The notes beneath the pieces were generated by a model. That model saw nothing but the letters and a program-made list of their open reading frames with translations, was not told the DNA's origin and made no database searches. Positions 53,891 through 64,000 of a stretch of 64,000 bases of DNA are shown piece after piece (the first letter of the stretch is position 1; every line of letters begins with the position of its first letter). The translations under genes were made by a program, and so were the position numbers. The DNA is from Lingula anatina (Eukaryota > Animalia > Brachiopoda): the NCBI GenBank assembly GCA_051362555.1, contig CM120641.1, forward strand, positions 4,836,001 through 4,900,000, in the 5' to 3' direction.

Positions 53891-54362
53891 TGACGTTCGC
53901 CCAATAACTGCCAAATCATATTTTTGTTTTACTTTAAATTTACTAGGTGGCTTTGTTTGGTAAAGAGTCAGGTTGCTTTCAAAAATTGGCATGATCAGTA
54001 TATATTTACAGTAATTATTCTGTTTTTTTTTTTTTTTTTTAACAATTTTGACACTTGCCCCATAACTTCCAAACCCTTTTTTTTACTTTAAATTTACTGA
54101 GTGGCTTTGTTTGACAAGAGGCAGGTTGCCTTTGAAATTGGCATGATTAGTTTACATTTACGGTAATAATTCTGGTTTTTTTTTCTTTTTCTTTTTTTTT
54201 TTTTTTTTTTTGCACCATTTTGGTGACGTTCGCCCCATAACTGTCAAACCCTATTTTTGTTTTATTTTAAATTACCTTAGTGACTTTGTTTGGTAAAGAG
54301 ACAGGTTGCTTTCAAAAATTAGCATTATAGGTTTACATTTATGGTAATTAATTTTTTTTTTT
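53891..54362. repeat. Three tandem copies of a ~158-176 bp unit ending in poly-T
   Basis: Units start at ~53891, ~54049 and ~54225 (TGACGTTCGCCC.ATAACT...GTGGCTTTGTTTGGTAAAGAG.CAGGTTGC...GCATGAT). Confidence 0.9.
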
Positions 54363-57300
54363 AATTTATTTGTGAAATTTTCATTTTTCACACATTAGCA
54401 TTTTCAGTGGCTTTTATATCCCATGGAACTGGATCACTTGCTAGTTTTTCAGTATCCATGTTACCTGTAGTACATAATGTAAAAGGGTAAGAGTGAATAT
54501 GTCATTTTAAAGCATTACGTAACAGTGCACTTTTTTCTGTATAATGTCTGAACATTTGACAGCTTTGCTGCCTTGTTTCCTGTATGGTGTCTGTATATTT
54601 GCCAGCTTTACTGTCTAGTTTAAGTAGTTACAACCAGAAATTAATGATTTATTGAAACCTATTTATCTGTTGTGTCACTGCCAATCAGTAAAACTGACCT
54701 CACTGGGCCATATGCATTTTATGTTTGATTTCTAACATTCTAGACTTCTTTTTTCAGACTCTATTATTAAAAGACTAAGTGTTGTGTCATATTTCATGTG
54801 GATGGATGGAAACTTGCTAATAAGAAAGATAAGATGCCAATAGTGTCTTGAATGCGAGCATTTATCTAATAGGTCATATAATATTTATCATAAGCTGGAT
54901 TCATTATAAATTGAAAACAGTGTGGGACTCGAACATGTGCTTGTAACGGAATGATAGGTCTGATATGCAGAGTTTATTGCTTTAGATCTACAACTTAAAC
55001 AAGCCATACTTCTCTCTCTTAAAGGATAATTAGCAGGGAGTAAAAAGTTCAACAGGTTGTTTTTGATGAAGATGGATGGTTGCAATTATCAGATTCCCTT
55101 GTTAGTTTCATTAATACTTGGAATAGAATAATTAAGATATTCAGAGGAACATGGGATCCCAGTGTTTTGGTGTTGATGCTTTTGTCATATGGATTTGAGA
55201 TTGAGAATTCTCATGTGATATATATAATGTTCTAAAAAAAAAATCAAAAATAGTATTTTGCACACTGTATAGAAAAGTGCATATTTTTACAGCACTTTTA
55301 GCCATCACCAGAGAACAACTGAGTTCACCTTTGATTCACCTTAATTGAGGACAGTGTATTATTCAATTAGCTTTGTTTCAAGATGAATCCTGGTACCAGC
55401 ATGTGTACTTTTTAAATAGGAAATCCAATGTCAGTTTGATATCTATTGTTGGATGATTTTGATGGAGCATTTTTTTCAATAATTTTTGCTTACAAACTCT
55501 ATTTATATTATACAAATGTATGTGTAGCTCCACGTCAGTGTTTCCACATACAAGCACTAGTCTACTGTCCCTGGGGTCTAGTCTGTCAGTAAAAGTAAAG
55601 GTTACTGGCTAGAAGGGACAGTTATATTTTGCCTATTCTGGAAGTGAAGACAATCAGTATACTTAATTTGAGTAAAAAAAGAAAAACTATGAGAAAAATT
55701 CTCTGAATCATTAGCATATTAATTCATATATTATTTATTGTAATTTGTTAGGAATGGTAAGTTTTGAATTTTTTTTTAAATTTTGTATAAAAATGACCAC
55801 CTAGCATTGATTATGAAGATTCATCAGGTTCACAGTGAAGCATTATTAGAAACAAATTGTTACTGAACTTGTGAAAGTCATTGTCATATATTAACCAAAA
55901 TTTATTATTTATTGGCTATATGTAATTGATACCTTGAAGGGGAACAAGCTGTCATGTAACTGATTGTATAAAAGCTTTTGAAAAGTCTGCAACACAATTA
56001 TCAATAATAAAAAAATCGATTCCGTCTTAGCCGTCTCTAAGAGATTTGATCTTATGCTTGAGAGACCCAAGATTGAGTGCCATAAATAAAAGCATTATTA
56101 CCCAAGTCAATTTCTAACACACTAATAATAGCTGGCAATTTCAACTTCATCCCCAAGTTGACCTTAGGTCCTACACATTTGGCTGATTTAGCAGCCTTTA
56201 TATTATGTTTTATCAATTTCCAGTTGCTGGCTCATCATTTCTGACCTGAGGTGCAGGCAGTGTTGAGTGTCAAAATAACTGGCTGGCTAGATAAATATAA
56301 TAGATATTTTGTTTGGAAAAAACTGATAACAGAGGTGGATTGAGAAAGGCAGAGGGGACACTTGTTGCTACCCACGTCTCTTGGTCCCCCTTGATGGACA
56401 CATTTGATGCCCCTGCGCTGCTTGTGCTCCTTAAAAAAATTTATATGTAAACATGGTGGGCAAAGCTCCTCTGATTTGCCAGTGTTATATCATTCCACAA
56501 ACTTTATGGGGTTTGCATCTTTGATTGCTCTGTAGTCTTGGGAACTTTGATTGAGATGATACTAGGGGAATAATGGGAATTTACATAATAGAATTATGTT
56601 TTGCATTTATCTATTTCAGTCATTTATTGATTTTGTTTAGCAGAAATTCTTCAGCACTTCTTTCAGTGGTAAAGCTTGAGATGGGGAGAACATACAGTAC
56701 TGCCTTTTGGAACAAAATTAAGAATTTTCCTTACATCTTTATATGAAAGACATAAGGTCAAATGTAAAGGTGAAAATTTTATAAAATATGTTGAAGTAGT
56801 CATGATACAAGTGACAAATTGTTTGGCATGGAGAACAACTGAAACGGTGTCATTTCAGGTCTATGATAATTACAGGAACCAGTTCAGGAACATGCTAAAA
56901 GGGTAATTTCTCCTATATCGTGAGTTACAGGCCATTATGGGGAAACAACATAATTTCAAATATCTGTTGACAATTAGTTTTCATCATTTATAAATACTCA
57001 GTATGTAATATCAAATTTGTCATTATGACTTATAATGTATCTATTCCACCTTTCTCAAAAATTGAATTCATGAAGGGTATGTTCTACGGAGAAAAAAAGA
57101 TACACAGTTTCAAATCAATAATTGAATTCATCAACTAACAGCAGTCATTCAATTTTACATATTCTACAATGTCAAGGAATTCATTGTATTTTCTGTCACG
57201 GAATAAAATTTGTCATTTAAGTTTTCCATATTGAAAGATGAGATAGAGATGAGACATTAAGGAGTTATGTAACCTTGGTCTCCATTGTCTGTACTTGAAA

Positions 57301-57871
57301 GAAACTGCAGGGATGTCTGTATTTCATCAAACTATTTTATGTCAACTTTGGTTAGTTTTGTATTTTACTAATATGCAGTTATGTACAGTTTCGAAATCAC
57401 GTGAGTGATAATTGTTTTTGGTGATTTGTAAATCATGGGATTGAACACAAATTGATTTCTCAATTTGCATGCCAACTTATAGGTATTATATGTAATCTGT
57501 TTCATTATACAGACATTATGTGTCTGTATAAGTATTCTGATCACTGCATTTGTCCGAGTTGTCATTGTTGCCATCCGACACTTCTTTTGTTCAACTGCTA
57601 ATTGCCAATTTAAATTAACTTACTTTGTTTAGTGAAAATGCAGATTCTTTTTGAAAATGGGCTTGTTCAGATTATTTTGATATTTAAATATATATAGTGC
57701 CAATAATTTGTCAGAGAATATATATTATATTTTCACCTGTATAGCCTCATTCCCTTATGAAGATGTTCTGCTAGACATCGAAATATTGGAGGTAAAAATG
57801 ATCTCAATATTAGCTGTTGACTGAAGAAAAATCACATCATTCAGAAATAATTTGCATGTCTTTTAGCAACA

Positions 57872-57989
57872 TTTGCTCCATAAGAACCAAACCTTGTTTT
57901 TGTTTACTACAAACATACAGTATATCCGTTTGGTAAAAAGCTATGTTCCTGTAAAAAAAACAGCATGATCAAATTATTCTTCCATAGTT

Positions 57990-58069
<80 letters not shown>

Positions 58070-58230
58070 TTTTGCGACTTTTGTCCCATAATGGCGTTAC
58101 TGTAATTTTATATCACATCCATTTTGTGTGGCTTTGTTTGATAAAAATGTGCATGTTTCTTTTAAGATTTTACATGATAAGATTATTTTTACAAAAGTTA
58201 TATTATTATCATTATTATTATTATTATTAG
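57872..58230. repeat. Two diverged units related to the 53891 repeat, separated by (TA)n-poly-T (57995-58073)
   Basis: Shared CCATAA...GTTTGGTAAAAAG...GCATGAT and GTGGCTTTGTTTGATAAAA motifs. Confidence 0.55.
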
Positions 58231-60111
58231 CATGTTTTAAGTATATATTTTGGCATATAGTGCCAAACCTTAGCTAGGTTTTACTTGAAAATTGAGAAAA
58301 TGTTAAAATAGTAAGTTTAATGAAAAAGATATGTTTTAGAAAGCCGGTACAGGTATACTGTTCACAAAGCTGGTCACTAAACATTGAAAAGTTGGAAAAT
58401 ATTTTTGATGTTATGTTACAAAGGAGCAAAGGGAGAGACTTCTATTTTGATAAGTCTGTATTAGCAAGCTTTGCTGTCTAGTTTTATTTCATGGCACTAA
58501 GTAGATGCAATCTAACCTTTTCAGAAATAATGACTGTAAATAGTATTTGTCTCCTGAACTCATTTTGTTGCAGTAATCATGAAGTCATGTAATATGTACA
58601 GGGTACTTAACTTCTCGGAAATTGGAACGTGCACGATCATGTGCCTCCAGAATCCACTCTGCTATCTAGTTGACTTGGTGATATTGTCTGAATGATTGAA
58701 TGGCAAACTAATTTCAAGCCTTCTGTCAGGAACATCAGGACTATAGATGTTGGTCTCAGGCTTATCTGCCCCTGTTTTAATTCCATTTGTTTACATTTAT
58801 CAGGTGGAAATTCACATCAAAAGTAGCTACCAATTTCAAGGGGGGGGGAGTTGTTAGAACACCCAGTTTGAGAGATATGGCATAGAACCCAGATCAAATT
58901 TTGATACAGAAGGAACCTGTCCAACCCGTCCAACACCCCCCCCCCTCCTCCCCTGAGTCAATGGAGTTGGGAACTAACCTTTCTATAGCGATTCAACACA
59001 CAATAAAACCTGATATGCATAAACTAATCTTTGCTTCCTATCTCCCATGCATAACAACATTACTAGTGAATAATCCAGTCATTTAAGATGAAAAAGGTCC
59101 TGGGGATGAAGAACGCAAATTTTTTGTAATGAGAAAGAGAAGTCGAAAATCAACTTAATCTTGTTGTCTTTTTGCAGTGCCAAGGAAAATTGTTCCCACT
59201 ACCAAGAACATTGTTAGATTATTTCAACTTTGATCCAACTGAAAATACATCTAGCAACTGACCGATGTTATGGTCTCAACCTTAGTAAAAGGTCTCAGAT
59301 TGAGACCGCAACATTGGCCAGTGGGTAAATGTAAGTTCCAGTATCAAAGTTTTACATATTTCTCAACACATAGAATATTCTGTAATCTGTGCTTGACATC
59401 AAACCATGTGTTCCTTCAGTACTTCAAATATTTATTCACTTTTAGAATCACACTTTAATTTAAGAAAAGGTTCATTGATATTTTTAAAGAATGAAGAAAT
59501 GTAGAGTACAAAGGGAGTTCTGGAGCAGGTGCCTCTTTTATTAGGAAATTTCTAGATTTAGTTTTCCAAAAGGAGAGAGAAGACCCACAAGAATGGGATG
59601 TGACATGTACTCCCATACTGCTAAATGCCCACAATTGCATTGTGTCCAAGTAATAAAAGTTATATATCAGCTATAAGATTGCATTGGAAGTGGGCAGGAG
59701 GCTTGATCGAAACTTTTTTGCCCCCCATATATGGCTTCAAATGCTAACTGTACACCAACTGCACATCTCGCGTGTTAAATTTGGCATGAAGAATATGAGT
59801 CTCCTGAGGTAGCATTTGTAGGCTTACTGTTTCATTGGGGTTCAAATTTTAGTGCATATATATTTTTTTACCCTTGTCAAATATACTGTCCCCTTGGTCA
59901 ACCAAGCATTGGCTGGTCTCCAATGAGTGCTCATGTGCATAAAGAATTAACCACCTGTTGCCAAGGTCTTCCTTGTAAGCTGCTTTACATGGAAAAAATA
60001 AGTCTGTTCTGGTATGAAGATGATAGCTTAATGTATCTTTGTGGTACATGATAGGTATATATATTGTGTTTTTGCTAGTTATACAAAAGGTTTATGAGCT
60101 TAATAGGTGAA

Positions 60112-60215
60112 TGAACCATATTTGAGATTGAAAGTGATCTTTGTGGTATCTTGTAATTATATATCTTTAGAAAATTGGGGAAACCTCTGCCTTCTAAACC
60201 TTGCTTTGAAATTGT

Positions 60216-60246
<31 letters not shown>

Positions 60247-60330
60247 GTGAACCATATTTGAGGTTGAAAGTGATCTTACTTGTGATATCTTATAATTGTC
60301 TTTAACAAATCTTGTTTTGAAAATGTGATG
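60112..60330. repeat. Local tandem duplication (two copies ~136 bp apart)
   Basis: TGAACCATATTTGAG.TTGAAAGTGATCTT...TTGAAA.TGTGA occurs at ~60112 and ~60248, separated by poly-T. Confidence 0.85.
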
Positions 60331-60563
60331 TTATCATTGTTCATTGTTTTTTATATATTGTTTAATTATTATTATTATTATTCAAAAGAATCCACTGCAT
60401 CGATCTCATTATTTGGTCCTTTGCTCAAGATAGGTAATATATGAAACAAATATTCAAGAAGTGCTGTTCAGATTGGTTCAAATAAAACATCAGGTTGCAG
60501 ACACTTGATTGCAATTCCACCCTGCAATCCCATCTGTCAGCTAGGATCTTAACCGGTCATATC

Positions 60564-60566
<3 letters not shown>

Positions 60567-60607
<41 letters not shown>
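60567..60607. repeat. (GT)n microsatellite
   Basis: Read directly. Confidence 0.95.
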
Positions 60608-60610
<3 letters not shown>

Positions 60611-61593
60611 CAATAAAGTCTCTGATTCTTCAAATAGGACTGAAATATTTGAAAACTGATCTAAATGTGGCAATACTGGGTTCATTACAGTTTTGAGAGG
60701 TAACACTGCACTAAATAAAAACAATTACTGTCTGGAGTAGATATGTGCTCAAAGTACGTTGTTACAAGTCAAGTTATTCAATGCAAGTTTTGATTGAAAC
60801 TTTCAGTAAGTCATGTTTGAAATGGTTTTAAGTGGTACGTAATCAAAATTTTCTCCCTAGCCCACCTCTCCTTTCTCTTCCATTCTTGGTATGCCTACAG
60901 TCTGTATCATCTAGTTAAATATTGTTTTCTATGGATGTTGCCATTTTGGTTTAAAGCAGAGTTGAGAAAAGATTCAACATTTAATTTATGTTCTTTTGAT
61001 ATCCAAAATGTACATTCAAGCATACATAACCATGTGCTATTAGGCCAAAAGACGTGCACATTTTATTTAAGAATTAACCAAACGCTAGACAATTAAACTA
61101 ATTTGTTCAGGCCATGTTCAGTTTAAATAAAGAGTGTGGACTTTTCACCTTATGGTTATTGATTCAAAGCTAATATCAACTTGAACATGTTTATGATCAA
61201 CAGTGATTAGACCCGCCTTTCACAGTCCAATAATACATATTTGCAAAATGGTGTTCCTTTTCAACAAGGGTCTTTAAAACTGAGAACAGCAGGAGATAAT
61301 TTTACCACATGATTCCATTAAAAAATAATATATTGATTGATGTTTACATTGTGTGAACTCTCTTCATGTCTTAAATATTTCCCTCTTGAATCATAAAGTA
61401 CATTTAATTGAAAATGGTATCTGATTCTTGTGAAAAATGTCACATTAGTTTGTACCAGCATGTGTCCCCTTAAAAAATGGACCTCATTGTAAACAACCTG
61501 AGAAAGTTGCCTCATTTCAGCACGTCTGTGTCCTCCTTGTGTGACATTACTTTCTGTGCAAATCTCATGGTTTCTGTAATGAATGTTTTCTAG

Positions 61594-61754
61594 TGGTCCT
61601 GCTGGTAAACAGATTGTGCGATCTCGGACACTTCCAAGCATCCCCATCCCCAAGAAGACGGAGCAATATGTGACCAAACCCGACCCAGAGCCATGTAGGT
61701 TGGCCCTTCATTCCCTGCATGTGGACCCACTGCTGGAACGGTGTGGCAACAAAA
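61594..61754 (+). CDS. Predicted common internal exon, 161 nt, phase 2-1 (GPAGKQIVRSRTLPSIPIPKKTEQYVTKPDPEPCRLALHSLHVDPLLERCGNK); the gene continues downstream
   Basis: Acceptor gttttctag|, donor AAA|gtgagt, open frame with higher GC, RSxTLP phospho-site-like motif. In frame with all upstream phase-2 exons. Confidence 0.75.
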
Positions 61755-63729
61755 GTGAGTATACGAGATTGAACAGTATTTGAAATTGTCATTGCTATGG
61801 ATCTGCTATTTGGGCAGGCCGATTTTTATGTGTAGTTCACTGTTATTCAGCAATTTTTTAAAGTAGTGTGTATTAAATGGCATATGTGACCGATTTCAGG
61901 CAAGCAGTTCAAAATTAAAATGTGTGCAGAGTCAATTTAAATGGCATTCCTTATGTATTTAAATCATTATCTCATTTCTCATTTTCTTTTCACATTTATC
62001 GATTTTAAGCTCCATTGCAATTATACATATTTCTTTGAGTGTGAACAAATTTAATGCATTGATCATGCCGTTTGTTTGAACAAAAGCAAATGTCATATTA
62101 CACCGGATACAAGAAAAGTGTGAAAATACCGAGAAATGCCTTTTTATATGTAAATGACTTCTCGGTTACAAGAAATGTTTCAGTCAGTATTGCTGATTGG
62201 AAACATTATCACGGATTAAAGTTGTTTCTTAACTTGACAGGGCTAGAAACTAGATGAAGGAAAAGCAATCCCACTTAAGTAATTGCTACCTGACTTGTTT
62301 TGCAACAATTGGAAATACTATGATATTTGCTTTTTTTCTGCTTTTTTTGTGATGAATCAAATGTGAAATTGGAATTTTTTTTGATACATGGTATAGGGCA
62401 TTTGTTAAGTTTTGATGGAAAAGGATATGTTAGTCTGTTTGCTTCGGAATGCAAGTCTCTCTTCTTGTACATTTAGTAGCTTTCAAAAACAGTTCCGTAT
62501 GCAAGGGTGGACAGAGGTCTTGTTTTACAATCATCCAAGAAGTTTGGAAGTGTTCTTTCCCTCCCACGCAACAGCTTTCCCCCCAAGTTGTCAAATAACT
62601 ACAACCAAGTGCAAAAAATTATTTACTGGTCGCAAAAAATTCAATACAAGCCAATATAAGCCCTGAAGCCTACATTCAAACTTGCTTCATAACTACAGTC
62701 AAGGGATAAGATTTCATTTGCTGGTCACAAAAATCTAATTTAAGTCACTGTAAGCCATGACGTCTTACATTCAGACCTTCTCTATCTGTAACTGTTTCAG
62801 GAAATGATCTCCACGCGCGGATCTAATGAAAGTGATTACTTTTCATCTGGTTGCTGTTGATGAGGTTCAATTCTGGGAGGCAGATATGTATGCCTAAATG
62901 ATAGGGTGGAATCAATCTCCAGTCACTTTATATTCTATCAGTTAAATCCTAAGCTATTCTTAGGTACTTTTCAGATAAATTGCGCAGTCGTGGTTTCTGA
63001 GATCAGGAATAATGGTGGACACATTCCATAATGGGGATTTACATTAGACAGGGGGATTGTTCTCATCTTAAAGTGAAACTAAAGGAAGCATGCATGATAT
63101 ACTTCTGGTGGAAACTTGTACTGAGATCTTAGCTACATGAGATTGTCTTTTATGTAATAATATAAATTACTCTAGAAGCTCTACTTTGACACGGGAAGAT
63201 CTAGGTCCAGCTCATAGATCCCAATTAAGTTATCCCAAGAGAAAAAAGCAAGGCAACACAGCAGCTTCATTAACAAAATCTAAAACTCAATTTATTCACA
63301 GGTCCTTGACTATTTTTATACTTGTGGTCGTGACAGAATTAGCAAGATAGGAGGTTAAACTTCATAAAGAGATATAGGCAATTAAAGATAGGGCAATCAC
63401 AAAATGTACTGTTATGAGCCGTACGCACTTGTAGGCGACTCCATTAAAATTTATTTGCAAGTCTGTTGATTAGTTCACATTCAGTACAAAGGTTGTGAGA
63501 TTTAGGATGCAGCATACACACACATGCACACACACACACACGCACACATGCCTGCATGCACACCATCGTATCCTATGATGTTAATTACAAGGGATTGTAG
63601 ACTAGCTGTCTCCATGTTTCTTACATTCATTGCATTGTGTTGCTGGGGACATTGGAAAGCCAGATGGACAACTAATCAGGCCCAAAAGTTAAACCAGATC
63701 GTTGAAGCATTGTAGCCTGTGGAATTAAT

Positions 63730-64000
63730 TAATTGTACCACCAGCGTAGGCGCTGGCGGTACACATGGTTTTAGTCCCGACCCGTATGTTCCGCCGGCTC
63801 CTGCAGCTCCGCCGGCTCCTGCGGCTCCTGCGGCTCCTGCGGCTCCGCCGGCTCCTGCGGCTCCGCCGCCAAGTCACCGTTACCGCTTCTCCTCCTAGAC
63901 GGTAAGGGCCTCCATACCCATCTCTTGGATTTAGGTCACCTATAATCTCAACTCGTTCCACGTAAAATTTGGGCTTTGTCGGTATTGGGGTCTAGGTGTG
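63730..64000 (+). mobile_element. Start of a HINE/DINE-1-like (Helentron-associated) non-autonomous element, truncated by the window
   Basis: Subterminal hairpin TGTACCACCAGCG-TAGG-CGCTGGCGGTACA (63734-63763, one mismatch) followed by a GC-rich 9-bp array (63791-63870). Abrupt rise in CpG content. Confidence 0.6.

Noticed and set aside
53891-54362. Spaced repeats as a CRISPR-like array
   Set aside because: Eukaryotic context, whole units are repeated with no unique spacers, and there are no cas genes.
50633-61754. Naming the plus-strand gene (e.g. Numb from RLRxSFxRKK, or a Ras/Ral GEF)
   Set aside because: The following exon does not match Numb's PTB start, and no diagnostic domain lies in the window.
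63725-63961. RRSRRS protamine-like minus-strand ORF
   Set aside because: It is the translation of a 9-bp repeat inside a probable transposon, and starts at GTG.

Overview
AT-rich animal genomic DNA with introns; a lophotrochozoan, probably a mollusc, is inferred from the single-exon TLR, the Tx1-type LINE, the MITE/HINE repertoire and the mosaic CpG pattern. Left 12 kb, minus strand: a degenerate L1/Tx1-clade retrotransposon (1-~4056; ORF1 intact, ORF2 broken and running off the window), an intact single-exon Toll-like receptor (4389-6407), and a doubly deleted tandem-duplicate relic of the same TLR locus (10942-11738). The relic appears to preserve the empty site of the LINE insertion, a (TTTTG)6 microsatellite. 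From ~13.4 kb a large plus-strand gene runs divergently. Its 5' part appears to be a series of alternative first coding exons spread over ~48 kb that all end in splice phase 2 and read in frame into a common exon at 61594-61754 (GPAGKQIVRSRTLPSIPIP...). I cannot name this gene. Its introns are CpG-depleted except at putative internal promoters, and contain Harbinger-like and other MITEs, ~160-175 bp tandem repeats, microsatellites and the start of a HINE-like element at the right edge. All exon calls are manual predictions without expression data.
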